Notes: generated from the sequence alone by a model not told the origin. A DNA stretch of 63,914 nucleotides, filler included, from Hyphochytrium catenoides (GCA_900088475.1; 9 parts of 9 records of this genome joined end to end with filler, not necessarily neighbours in it), one strand, 5' to 3'. Shown: positions 24,021-36,658, counted from the first letter of the whole stretch. A program made the numbers and translations.

Positions 24021-27000
24021 CCCAGCCAGCAGCGGTCTTCTCTGGCGCCACTACACGAGGGTTGGAAGCGCTAGAGTTTTCGCTCTTTCTCCCACTTGGG
24101 CGGCACAGGAAGGGGCGCGCATGAGGCTGTTCAGGAGGACGGCAACAAGACCCGTTGACGACGCAAGGGAAGTTTAAAAAATGATGAGGACTCAAAATCC
24201 CATGTTGGGATGATGATGAGGACTTTGCCGCTGCTGCTTTCTCAATGAGTCTTCTTCTGCGGTAGGACAAGGATAAAGACCATCTCGCAAGGTTTTTTAA
24301 TATTGGTTTATGGACGGAGGAGATAGAGGCACACCCAGGAGAGGACTATAGTCTTTTCTTAGCAACAGCACTAGGAACTATGCTTCTTCTCGTCGAAATC
24401 CACGACGTCCTGCTCCTCGTCTTTTCCTCTCTGCATTGTGGTTACTATCTTTCCTCCCTCCTTTCCCTCAGTCTTCTTTGCATGTTTAAAGACATGGGGA
24501 GATATCAAGTGCATAAGCTTAGGGTTTGGAAGAAAGAGGAAGTGACGGTCAATGCGAGCAGCTGCTGCTAATGAGGAAGTTGAAGAAGCTGCCAAGAACT
24601 AAAGGCTTTGTCTAACATTGTAAATGGCCTCCTATTGTGAGCTTTAGCCGATGACGATGCAGAGAGGCGCACTAGAGGATAGAGGGGAAGACAGAACGAA
24701 GATGGAGAGAAGACAGGGAGGCTGGACAAAAGAAAGAATAAATAAGAAGAAGACCACCAAGAGCTCCATCATGCTTCCGCTTCCGCCCCCCACCGACCAC
24801 CCAGAGCCTTTTGGGCTTAGTAGTCTTCTCTCTTCAGTGCGTCATCAGTAAGAAGGTGCAGCTCTACAAGGAAGGACGACAGAGATGATGGGCGGCTGCC
24901 TTGCAGGGAGGAGCGGAACAAAGCTGAGGAGGAGGAGGAGGACGAGGCGCGACAAGGCACGTCCTAAGGCCAAAGAAGCAGGCGCTGCAACAATGATCTG
25001 GAGAGGAGGAGAGACGCTCGTTGTCTCCTTCTTCATGTCTGCAGCGGGGTCGATGTCTTACGACGTAGGAGTGATGATGATGGTGAAGGCGAGCAATGCA
25101 TCAGCATCAGCATGAGGGCAAGAACTCTACATATGATGTTTTTCTTTACTTTATAAAATCTAAGAAGATTTTGATGAGGTGTAATAAATCAGTACAGCCA
25201 AAGAATTGTTCAAAATTTACTAGGATATTATTACTATAAGTTTTAAGGTACTATATTTTGGGGTGTTTTTTCCTTCTTGCTCTTCTTAGGATAGGAGTGA
25301 TTTGCTCGTTTTTTTTTATGGCTCTACGAAGATTAGAGATTTTTAACTATTATCGCTACTAATAACAGACTAATTCTAAAAGAAGAAGAAAGAGAAAAAG
25401 AAGAAGAGGAAGAAGAAGAGAAGAAAAGCTAAGAAGAAGCTTTAGGCTCTTCCATCATCTCAGCTCGAACCTGCTCCCTGATCATCATCAGTAAAGTTTT
25501 ATTAGGCAAAAAAAAAATAAAAAAATCATTCTTTTATTTATTTTATGCGCACTGTGTGGCCTTTATTATGAAGAAAATATTATATAAAAAAAGGGTTGAA
25601 AAACTAACTTCCCTAAAACTGCCGTAACGAATTAAAACTATTTGTTTTATGAAGGTAGCTACTATTTTTTTCTTAGAAGTAATAAATAATAATGGCACGC
25701 ACCCAGGTTTCAAAATAGCAAGAAGGTGAGTGCACCTTCCTCCTGCTGCTGCCGCGTCATCAGAAGACATCGCGCTAATAAGCGAGAAGCTCCTCTCTGT
25801 GCTTCAGACTTTGTCAGCCTTATTGTTCCTCGCTAGCTCGTACACTTAGTCCCTCTTCGAAGCCTCACCCGACTTTGATCTACATCCTAAACCTCTCGCT
25901 GACTTTCTGATGAGGGATGATCTTGTAGAGACGGATGGCGAAGAAGGGACAGCAATGTTAGAAGAGGACCGCGCTGCCGTGGCGCGTCATCGGCCCGCCA
26001 CATCTGAAGCAGGTGCTGCCATTCCCCACTCGTTATTCTTCTTCTCGTCAATGGATTTGGTGGGGACTGAGAATCTCTGGCGTCAGCGTCTCCGTCTTAT
26101 TGTTCTCCGCCGCTGCGTTACTACGAACCAACGAAGGACAGATTGCTGATGATGATCTGCTTCAGGACCCATGACCTCGAGATAGGGAGGGTCAGATACT
26201 GCAGCAGCTGCTGGTAATGGCCTAGCCGATGGCGGCGCTTACGCGTCATCAGGACTTCTTAAACCCTCCTTGCTAATGAAAAAAGTACGTTCAATCGATG
26301 GCGCATCTCCCTCCCCTGGGTTGTACCTACTAAACAGTTACTGGCTTCTTGTCGTCATGGGTGACGGTGCGTTCTCTAGCGTAAACCATAGCTAAGTTTT
26401 CACTCCTGCTTCCTCGAATGCAAGTGTTGACGGAGTTTTCTTTTGCTCGCCAAGCTGATGTTGAAGAAGGAGAAGGACCACGTACCCTGGGGATAGTAGC
26501 CCCCAATGGAAGGAGACAAAAGTGATGAAAAAAGAAGTGGAGATGAGACCAAAACAAGAAGCAGGAAGGGGACCAAAAGGCAGGGCTTCATCTTCCAGAA
26601 CCTCTTCCTCCTCTCCCGCCAAGGCAGCGAATAAACGGGCTCACTCTTTGGGCTCTTTCTTTCAGAGACCCGTTGCTGCGGCGCTAAGAATGATGCTGCC
26701 TCAAGAATCCCGTCATGCTTTCTTTATAACAGTCTTTTACATACTCTAAGCATGGCTTATGATCTCATCTTGATCAACCAGAAAAAGAAGAAGCTGCTCA
26801 TCATCCATCTTTTCACCCAGTCAAATAGGCCTGCTTGTAGACAGAGCTCGAACTCTGCCTCCAACAGAGTTTCCTTAAAGATCACTGCGAGCAGCTTTAT
26901 TAGGACTTTGCGGTTAGGCTGCGAAGTAAGACGACCATCATCCTGCCTTTATCTCATACTATCGATCTCAGAGAAGCTTTGCGCTCTATTATTGCAGTCC

Positions 27001-27235
27001 CTACCCTCAGCAGACGCGGCGCTTTCTTCACACTACGGAGCTCCTTCCATCTTCCCGTCTAAAGTTGTAGTAGGACGCGCCTATTCACAAACGATTGCAA
27101 AGCCCTGAGCAAGAACGCACGCACGATCGTTCGGTTGCTCGAGGCATCGCTACTAACTAAGAACCCTCACTAGGCAGCAACGGCTGCTGGAGGGGCGGCT
27201 GGAGGGGCCATAGATCATTGGTCACAAAGGCAACG

Positions 27236-29992
27236 ATGAATGGCGAGGGTCAGCATGGTACCCAGGCACCCTATACGGACAGCCACGAGCAAGAAGGCTA
27301 TGATGTGTTTTTGGCGTACCTGGACGCCAAGAAGAAAGGCATAACCGATCTCGACCCAGCTTTTAAAGAGAAGGCCCTGCGGTTCGTATCTGCCAAACAC
27401 AGGACCCTAGGTTTGACGGTACTGAAGGATAGCGTACGAGGGCTTTTAACTAACAGCAAGAGGCTGCCTACACGAGACGACGAGCAGCCTGAGCGGGTCA
27501 GCTCTCCTCCCTTCTCCTCCGGCGAGACCAGTCATCGCCAGGAAGAAGTCAGGGGAGAGGAGAACTTTAGAGAAGAGCTGAAAGATAAGAGCTCTGACGT
27601 CTCCACTTCTGCTAGGAGAACCAGTCAGGACTCTCCTCATGACTGTTTTGAGAACTCGCGACCTTGCGACTCAGGAAGTGCCCTAAAAGAGGAAGAATGC
27701 AGCCAACATTATCAGGTTATTCAGGTGAGCACTGAGAGGGAGAGGTAGTTATTAGGTTCCTTGATCCCAACGCAAAGTCCTCGTGTCCGAATGAGGCCGA
27801 CGTTGACTGTCCTGCTTCTCTCGAGTCTAATCTTCTCTATTCGGCCCACAGGACCTCGAGGCTACGGTGAAGAAGCTCATGACTGCCAGGGCCCAACAGC
27901 AACAGGTCATCGATCAACAGCAACGAACTCTTTGCCACATGGAAGCTCAAATGAAAAACTTTCACCTTGAGCTGCAGGTTAGACATCGCTTGTAAGGAGG
28001 CGATAGTATAGGAACCTGCTTTTGGCCCGACGCAGTCTTAGTGATCCTTCTCTTCATGATCTTGTTCAAGGAATTGAGAGGCAACATTAGGGTCTTGGTG
28101 AGAGTGCGCCCGATGTTTCCATCCGAAACCTCGCAAGGACGCACCATGGAAACCGTCCGTTGCCATCCCAATGGTGAAGCTCTTACTATCTCAATGCCAG
28201 GGACTGCTGAGAAGAACAAGACAAAGACGCATTACTCCTTTGACAAAGTCTTTGCGCCCTCCGCAAATCAAGAGGTTGTCTTCCAGGTGAGCATCTCGCA
28301 AGTCCTTGGCAGAGGAGGGACTTCTCCTAAACCAAGCCGTATGGCATATCTCCTCCCTGTACCCGCCCTACTGCCTCCTGCTTGCTGTGGTTCCTTGGAA
28401 CCGTCCAGGCCCTTGAAGACGTCCTACGTTCAACATTGGACGGCTACAGTGCCTGCATCTTTGCGTATGGGGCGACGTCGTCAGGGAAAACATTCACGGT
28501 GGGTGAGCAAGGGATACTTCTCTACCCTCCACAGCCTCCTCCTTTCACTTCCTAACATGTGGGACGAGCAACTGCGGATTGAAGCTTCCCCCTTCCAACT
28601 TGCTCCTTTGGCAACCTTAGGTCCTAGGGATGGATGGAGATAGTGGCACTCGTTCAGGGCTCGTTCCAAGGTCAATCATGTATCTAAAGGGCCAAATCGA
28701 GCAGTACGCCCACATGGGCTGGGACTTCAGTCTCTCCTTTGTTTCGTATCTCGAAGTCTACAATGGCGCTATAACGGACCTTCTTGCCAAAGGAGCTGTA
28801 GATGAAGCTCCTAGTCCAAGCATCAAGATTGATGGTGGGTAAACGAACCGTGATATGGGTCCAAGGGTCGTACTACGCGGGCACTCACCGATCAAAGAGC
28901 ACGATAACTTTTACGTGCAAAATTTAATGGAGATTCCCTTAGCGGACCTCCTTGACAAGGGTCTCACGGGCCTGCACGCTAGGGAACCCACAAGAGCCTC
29001 CACGGAGAATAACTCCTCGTCCTCTCGGAGCCATACAGTCCTGACTCTTCACCTTCGCGGTGAGTTGTTAGAGTCATCAAAAAGCGGAAATTCATGCATG
29101 AACCTGCTCGCTCCTCCCCAACCATACTACTTCTTCCGACAGGAAGAAAGAGGAACCCTGAAGGGGAGGTTGAGGGCGTGCTTGTTGCTGGGGACCTCGC
29201 CTTTTGTGACCTTGCAGGGAGCGAGCGTCTGACAGACCCCAGCACTGCTGACAAGACCAAGAAGGAGACAGGCTCAATCAACCGTTCGAACCACACTCTC
29301 CAAAATGTTCTCTCTGCCCGAGCAGAAAAGAAGAAACACGTATGCTGCTGCAGTTAGATTACCGTCATTGTTTTCCAGACGCTGACCAGTTCGCGCTTTC
29401 ATATCACTGATGTTACCCTTTCTGCCCGCTGCCAATCTCTCCAGATACCTTACCGCGACTGTGTGCTGACCAAGCTGCTGAAAAGATACCTCTCTGGTGA
29501 TGCAAAATGTGTCATGATAGTAAGCTTTTCTCAAGCCTTCTCGTCCCTTTTAGTTGAACTAACGGTTCCTTCTTGCTCTCCCATCCTCGACCACGACTCA
29601 CTCGATTGTTATGGAAAGGCCAATATCTCCCCGTCCCCCAAGAGCTACTCCTTCACGAAGGCGACGGTTGAGTTCGCTCATCAGGTGGGCCCCAAATTGT
29701 CCTCCCTTCTCGCCACACAGTCATTATTACGATCTGACTAATGATGTGGGGACTTGTTTCCTCGTAGATAATGAAGAAATGTGAGCTGGGAAGAGCCAAA
29801 AGAAATGTGTCGACGTCAACAACGCGGATGCAGACGCCCTTTAACGATGATAAGGAGAACGAGCTACCACTAAGTGGTACTGGACGTAAGGCAAAAGCTT
29901 CAGGAGCTTCCAAGATGTCGTCCAAAGAGTCATCACAACGGATGTTAAGATCAACAAGGCAGATGAAGGCGCGGAAGTTGGAGGAGAACTGA
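27236..29992 (+). CDS. Divergent kinesin-14 (C-terminal motor, Kar3/Ncd/KIFC-type)
   Basis: Ten exons (27236-27724, 27852-27977, 28071-28286, ~28409-28498, 28621-28834, ~28898-29059, ~29143-29340, ~29445-29519, ~29619-29684, ~29768-29992) splice into one open frame. Neck LQELRGNIRVLVRVRP, YSFDKVF, P-loop IFAYGATSSGKTFT, YLEVYN, switch I SSRSH, switch II DLAGSER, HIPYRDCVLTKLL, C-terminal CELGRAKR. Confidence 0.92.
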
Positions 29993-31589
29993 ATATGCCC
30001 TATTCCGGGTCGTATGCCATTGTTGCACCAGTCCATCGCCACTCTTTTCTTTCTCTGGTACTGGCGTCAGGATCTGGGGCCCCATGAAGAAGAATCTGCG
30101 GATTCATTATCGGGCGCTAACATTAATGGGAGCACTGGCACAGAGGAAGTCTTCAGAAAGATAGTCTACGACGATCGGGAAACAAGGAGGTTAGCACCTG
30201 ACGCCAAGATGCAAAGTGATGCTTGGGACAAGGAAGAGCACGGGGTCACTCGTGGGTAGCATATATAGAGGGAAGACGCAAAGCTCGCTCTTCTTATTAC
30301 TAACGAGCAGTCTCTTTCAAATATCATTGAATCTACGCATGCTTCAGTTGCTAGCTAGACTGAATGTGTCATAGTGCGCCATACAAAGCTCTCACTATTT
30401 GGTTGACTTGCGTGTCAGACCTGGTAAACCATGGCTGGTGACCTTTCAGTGACCGTGGAGCCCTTTAACATCTATGCAAAGAATCATTATTATTAGAAGA
30501 CAACGTCCCTTCTTCCTCAAACCCTTGCACGCCTCGTCAAGGGAAACACTCTCTGAAAGCTACCAAGTCAAAAGGTAGGCTTATGCCGCCAAGTAACGGC
30601 GAAGATGAGAAAGAGAAAGAAAGAGGTTGGTGGTGGCTCTCCTGAGCGCCTCCGGATTCGAAGCAATTTGGCCCTACAATAGGGAAGAAAGCACTGAGTC
30701 CTGTGCCAGCCTTTCACAGCAGAGACAGAGACAACTATCCTTGCCGCCTGGCTTGATCAGTAGGAAGGAGGAGGCTCTTGGCCCAGACGGATGGATAAAA
30801 GCAGTGTCCTCATTGACTAACAAAGGACTACGCGATGATGTACAGATTCTTTGTTTCCCGAGGGGCAGCGCTATGACCTTCGTGCTGGCCGGGGCGGGCG
30901 GACGGCTGATACTTCGTCGTCTGCGTCACGCAGTTCGAAGGCTATCCAACTCTGTCTCCCCTTTCCCTTGCCGCTATCTACCCAGTTCTTTGCGGGTGCC
31001 AGAGGCTGAGACTGACCAAGCAAGTTCAAGAGTGAGGAAGGTCAGGCCCATCCTGTAACTGCGCCAGGCAACCCTAATGTCTCACAAATATTTTTCCACT
31101 CTATCGAATTCCAGCAGACAGCTCTCTCTCTACCGACGAAGACATTCCTCTTCTTGCGCTTTCATCAGCAGGTGCGAAGGCTTAAGCGAGAACAGCTGAC
31201 AGAGCCAGAACAACTGACAGTAGGTCTGAAGGTGCCCATAAGAACTGATGAGTCCACTGCTCTATTGCGGCTGCAAAGGACGGAAGAAAGAAACTTCTAC
31301 TCAGGACTCCGTCGCTGGCAGGAATGGATGGGAATTGGAGGCTGGAGATCTCAAAAGAACGGGAGAGAAGATGAGAGAGGAGACAGGGCACAAACGGAAA
31401 CTGAACCAGTGCGTTGGCCAGCAGTATAGGTGGCGATGACCTGCTAGTAGGACGTGTTCTCTATCCTGCTGGCGCTCTGCGTGGGCTAATGGCCCCTGTA
31501 GACTTCTTGATTGTTGGAGCTACACGCTAACTTTCTGACAGTATCTGCACTCACCGCTTTCGTTTCGCTGTGGGTCCGACATCTAAAGA

Positions 31590-31710
31590 CGCTTCACCTT
31601 CTTCATCCTTCTTCTGTGGGCCTGGCGCAGCTTCTTCTTGTCGACGATGATGCTCAAACAACTTGGACAACATCGACCCAACCACCTGCTCCAGCTAGAC
31701 CTCTGCTCGC
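31590..31710 (+). repeat. ~120-bp duplicated segment; second copy at ~32475-32592
   Basis: ttcttctgtgg..cctggcgc..cttcttcttgtcga.gatgatgc.caaacaacttggacaaca..gaccc.ac.acctgctccagct occurs at both sites. Confidence 0.85.
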
Positions 31711-31720
31711 TGGAAGCTTC

Positions 31721-32176
31721 AGCGCCCGCAGTAGGAAGAGCTTGAGTCATCGATAGATCAAGAGCCATTCATTAGCTATGGGACGTGATGATTACTTTCT
31801 TTCTTACTACAGGCGCTTCGCTTATTTTCTCTCTCTCGCTCTCTCTCTCTCTCTCTCGCTCTGTCTTTCTCGGTCTCTCTCCGCCTCTCCTTCTCTTCTG
31901 AGAGTAAGGAGCGAGGGCCAGGCCCAGCCTTTAAGCGCCGCGCTACGAGGAGCTTAACTCATCGATGGATCTAGAGAGCCATTCACTAGCTGTGGGACGT
32001 GATGAAGACTGACTTTCTTGCTACTACCGGCGATCGCTTCTCTTTTCTCCTCTTTCTCTCTGTCTTTCTCTGTGTCTCTCGGCCCTCTCTTTCTCTTCTG
32101 AGAGTGAGGAGCGAGGGCCAGGCCCAGCCTCTAAGAGCTGGCACTAGGCAGAGCTTGACCCTTCGTCGATAGATCC
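31721..32176 (+). repeat. Tandem array of a ~200-bp unit (partial + full + partial copies)
   Basis: ttctcttctgagagt(a/g)aggagcgagggccaggcccagcct recurs at 31891 and 32091 (200-bp period); agagccattca.tagct.tgggacgtgatg at 31761 and 31975. Confidence 0.9.
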
Positions 32177-33946
32177 ACTTAAGAAAGAAGAGAGGAACCT
32201 CAGCTCGATCGGGCAGCCTCCTCCTTCAAACACGCTGCTGTCTGTAGGGATCATGCCAGAACCTTATCGTCTGGCCGTTGACCGCAAAGCAGGCAGAAAA
32301 GAGCGGAAGAAGCGCTCGCAGAAGCTCAGTCTTCCTCCCAATTCTCAGCGTCTTTCTCTCTTTTTTCACTCTTACTAGTAAGCGTTTAACCTGGACACTG
32401 CTGGCTAGCTGCTGCGGCACCTGGCATAGGATTCTCCTGCTTCTGCTCTTGCTTCGTCATCTGACAGTTGACTTGCTTCTTCATTCTTCTTCTTCTGTGG
32501 AGCCTGGCGCCACTTCGTCTTGTCGATGATGATGCGCAAACAACTTGGACAACAAGGACCCGACAACCTGCTCCAGCTTGGGCGTCTGCTGGGATCTTTT
32601 CGGGCTTTGAAAGCGTCAAACGTTGTCTTCTTTGACCTCGATGATGACTTCCTCCACGTCATACTTCCCGTGGCAGCAAGCGGTAAGCACTGGAGAGTCT
32701 GCGGAGGGAAGAAGTGACGCTTATGCAATCTCTCATCAGATGAAAGGAAGGAAGAAGCCTCCTCCTTCCACGCGCTCAGTTGTCGCTCGGATGTTGCTTC
32801 TCTCTCTCCTCATCTGAGCTAGCTTTGGTCTGCTGCTGCTGTTGCTCGTCGTCCTCATCTTGTTCCTCCTCCTTCTTGCTGCTCCTGCTCTCCTCCAGCT
32901 GCTCCGCTGTCATCCAGTGGCCTCACCTTCCTCCTTCTTTTCTAAACATCTTCATCCTCTTCTTCCTGCGCTGGCCTCGTCGGCCGTGGTTCTTTCTTTT
33001 GTCTCACTCTTCACCATTTCTGGCTCTTCTTCCCCTTTCTCCCAGCGTCTGGCTTCCAACTCTCCTCCTGAATGTCGTCGCGTGGCTCCTCGACATCGTA
33101 GATAGCGTCTCACCGACCAAACCAGTGATGAAGGGAGGTCTTCTGCCCTTCTTGGGCTCTGTAAGCTTGGCAAGAGAACATAGATCGAGGATCTGCAGGC
33201 TGCTGATGCCGCCCAACGACCACAGGCTGATGATCACAGTTCAGAGCAGAATGGACCGCCGCGCTGATGAGTAGTCTGACGCTCCATAAAGAGCCCAAGC
33301 AGCCTAGCAGAGGATGATGCAGCACCCAGCCCCACTTACTTCTACTGCTTCCCTTGCCTTATGGGCAGCAGGGCAGGAGGAAGTGAACCAGCCGCTGGAC
33401 TCCTCTCAAAGGAGCCAGCCGTCCATGTAACCTCACCGAAGGCCTCAGAGAACAGAGACCTGACCTTGTGCCGCAGCAAGCTACCATGTCCAACTCACGG
33501 CTCCTGTCGTTCGCCTAACTTGGTGGGAAGAAGCGTGTCTCTTGAGAAAGAAAGGTCACACTTAGAAGGAAGAGGACTGTCGTATGATGATGAGAGCTCT
33601 GTTTCTCTTTCTCCAGGTCTCTCTCTCTCTCTCTCTCTCTCCAGACCGTGGCGGCTGAGACCTCAGCCCGAACAGCATGAAACCTATAGCGTCTGCATCG
33701 GTGCAGGAAGAGCGAGCGCTGGCTGATGTCTCGGAGAATGTTCACATCTATTTATTCATATTTATATATACAAAGTGTTAGCTCTCCTGGTTGCGCCACT
33801 ATTGCGCCGGAGAAGAAGAAGAAGAAGAGACAGCGCAGGCCATGAGCAAAGCAAAAGGCAAAAAGTCGAATGGCCGACGATGGTCTCGCTCCTTTCTTGG
33901 TCAAGGGCCTTAACCACCATCACGGCTTGCCTGGACCGACCCATCC

Positions 33947-35158
33947 TCATACATCCAGGGTCCACGAGGTGAGCGAATGCTGCTCCTCAAGGTTGCGATA
34001 AACCACGGCTATCACCCTCAACACCGTGCCAGGCACCGTCCGCCTCTTAACCTCCAGAGTCATTTGATAGTTCATCCCAGCCACCAACTGCCGCTGTGCG
34101 GAGATGATGCGTTTAAGATCTACCGGGCCGGCCTTACCACGGCCATGCAGTGAATTGTAAGCCTTCACTGCTTCGTCAGCTGCCTTGACGACCTCCTGCG
34201 AGGCAGGGTTGGTTGCCGAGAATCCACCGATTAGTTCTCCTCTGGCTTGAGGAGCGTCATTGGGACAATGAAGGGCCAAAGACAGGTACGACCACGAGGT
34301 GACAGAGTAGCTTTCGTATGGATAGGTGCTAATCCCTCTTCTGTTCACCACGGCGGAGGCCTGGATCTGCCTGCAGGAGCCATATCGCGGCACGAGCACA
34401 AGGTCCAGTTTATAGTTATTGCCTCCTGCCACCACCTGCTGCTGCGCGCCGCTAATCGTGTTCAGGTCCAAAGGTACGGAAAACTCCTTCAAGTTGAGGA
34501 AGAACACTGCAGCTCTCGCTGCACCAACAACCTTAGAGGACTTGGGATCAACTGACGATGGTCCAGCAGCAGCCAGAGCCCGTGTCTGCCGCAGCCGTTG
34601 TCCAGAAGGTTGAGTCAGCCTTGGGAGTCCTTGGTCATTAAGAAGCTGGTACTGACCCTGGAGGTCCTGATAGACCACGACTCTCTTGACCGCTGGGGCG
34701 CCTGTTGGGCTCATGCTGGCGTACTCATTGAGTGCTAGTTGCAGGACGTACTTCCCACCGCTCCTCTCCTTCTGATACTGAGCCGAGATCACTCTGTTGA
34801 GTTGGACAGAGCGGAAGAGGTTCTCCGGTTGTCCCTGCTTTTGCTCAAGATAAATTTGGACAGCGTTCACTGCTTTCCTCGCGACCGCACTGCGCGGGTC
34901 CTCTATGTCCATATATTCCCAACGCTGCGGCAGGCTGCCCGACGATACATAATCAGCGGGAGCGTGTGGAGCGGGTGCTGGTGGTGCTGGTCCATCATCC
35001 AACTCGCTTGCGTTGGTAGATCTCGGTAAATAGTTGTTGGTCACGTCCTGAGCGGTGGTGGATCTCTGTATGGATGCACCGTCAGCGATCGAGCTGGCTT
35101 GCAAGAGAACGACAGAGGCTGCCAGAAGTAGCGTTGAACAACGTAGCAGAGTGGTCAT
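33947..35158 (-). CDS. Secreted multi-domain cystatin (three cystatin-like repeats), intronless
   Basis: Signal peptide MTTLLRCSTLLLAASVVLLQA; repeats with ISAQYQKERSGGKY (degenerate), ISGAQQQVVAGGNNYKL and IGGFS...ISAQRQLVAGMNYQM (QxVxG cystatin loop). Confidence 0.88.
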   Translation of the reverse strand: MTTLLRCSTLLLAASVVLLQASSIADGASIQRSTTAQDVTNNYLPRSTNASELDDGPAPPAPAPHAPADYVSSGSLPQRWEYMDIEDPRSAVARKAVNAVQIYLEQKQGQPENLFRSVQLNRVISAQYQKERSGGKYVLQLALNEYASMSPTGAPAVKRVVVYQDLQGQYQLLNDQGLPRLTQPSGQRLRQTRALAAAGPSSVDPKSSKVVGAARAAVFFLNLKEFSVPLDLNTISGAQQQVVAGGNNYKLDLVLVPRYGSCRQIQASAVVNRRGISTYPYESYSVTSWSYLSLALHCPNDAPQARGELIGGFSATNPASQEVVKAADEAVKAYNSLHGRGKAGPVDLKRIISAQRQLVAGMNYQMTLEVKRRTVPGTVLRVIAVVYRNLEEQHSLTSWTLDV

Positions 35159-35971
35159 GATGCCTTCTTCTGGTTGCAAGGACGCAAGGAAATGACAGGA
35201 CGCTGTGGTGGTGGTCTTGTCGGTTGTCCTCGCGCGGCCGCAGCTGGTTGTCGCAGGTTCAGCCGTTGCTGGAATGTTTTGAAGTGAGAGAAGAGACTGC
35301 CGACCAAGAACGAGGCGGCAGCATCTACCTAGGATATCTCTTTATATTATATTACAAAGGAATGAATGAAGGAGACGAGTCGAAGTGCTGCTGCCAATGA
35401 CCTTGATCGTTATCCCAGGATGTTGCTGGCCCTCTCCACTCAGGAGAAAGGACTGAATTGACCTCCGATGCACCAAAGACGGCCGGTCTCTCACTGTCTA
35501 TGATCGATGGAGACGGCTTCATCAACTGCGGACGAGGTATAGTTCTCTGCATTTATTGTGGCTGACGATAACCCTTAATGAGAGTATCGCATGATCCCAG
35601 ACGTTGCGGCAGCAGCAGCAGCACCGCGGGTAAATGAGTTCGTCTTCAGCTATGAACGCTGGCTACTTGCTCTTCTCCGCTCCAAAAATGAAGGTCACTG
35701 CAAGCTGAATCTCTTCTCTTCTTCTCTCGTTCGTCAGATGAACATCATGCAGGTGCTCCGAGTGCTAGTGCGATAAGATTGCGCCGGGACACTACCAGGG
35801 ACTAGAACATGGGTCCTTGAGGGAAGAGTAGTACAGGCGAGCGAGGATTGATCAAAGAGAGAGTAGAAAAGACCAGATAAGGAAGAGGAGAGAAAGGCGG
35901 TCAACAAATTGAGAAACAATGAGAGAGAGCCCGAGGTAGAGAGAGAGAAAGAAGAGAGAGGGAGAAAGAGA

Positions 35972-36011
<40 letters not shown>

Positions 36012-36613
36012 CAACAAGCATGTCTCATTCCTCTCGACTTCGGTTCTCTTGTCTATTGATAGCTGACAATCTACGGGGTGTTGGCCTTCGCTAAGGTTAC
36101 AGGTTACCTCGGCTCCCTTGGCCTTATGATTCACAGTTCTTAGAATACTAGAACTACTTTGAAGAAGACATGACAAACAAGAAGGGAACTAGCGGGCAAG
36201 CACGCACCTGCAGCCTTTAGAGTAGATACCCTGGTCCGTCCAGAGATAGAAAGAAGGACGGTGACCAGACACAAACGGATGGCGATGCTTGGGCGTTGTT
36301 GAGACGAAGCTTTGTGCGCCTCTTCACTTTTATTTCTACTCTAGTAGCAAAAGTTTATTAGGAGTCGTCCTATCAATTTCTGAAGCCAGCCTGCCGCCAG
36401 TTTTTTGGAGGACGTGACTTCTGCTGCCGTTGCCCCAAATGAACAACCGGTTACTTTCTCCACTACTCTTTCTCCTTAGCCGAACCCTAAATATAGTTCT
36501 AGTTCTATAAGAATGTTCATTCAACTATTAGGGCGCTTGGTGGCCAAAAGCTGAAGCGAGAGGGAACATATACGCTTTGCTTCTATAGTTTTTTTCTCTC
36601 TCTCTCCTCTCTC

Positions 36614-36658
<45 letters not shown>

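Noticed and set aside
24371-26750. Short ORFs between the Zn-finger gene and the kinesin
   Set aside because: Low-complexity, stop-riddled, TA-rich sequence that looks decayed; no supportable product.
27236-29992. Kinesin as a fragmented pseudogene (it appears as many short ORFs)
   Set aside because: The fragments join in frame through GT-AG introns with all motor motifs in order.
30627-31440. Possible additional gene downstream of the kinesin
   Set aside because: Short ORFs with no recognisable motif; I could not build a consistent spliced model.
21729-32176. LTR retrotransposon interpretation of the flanking direct repeats
   Set aside because: No TG...CA ends, PBS/PPT, or gag/RT/integrase coding seen, and the right-hand copy is a tandem array.
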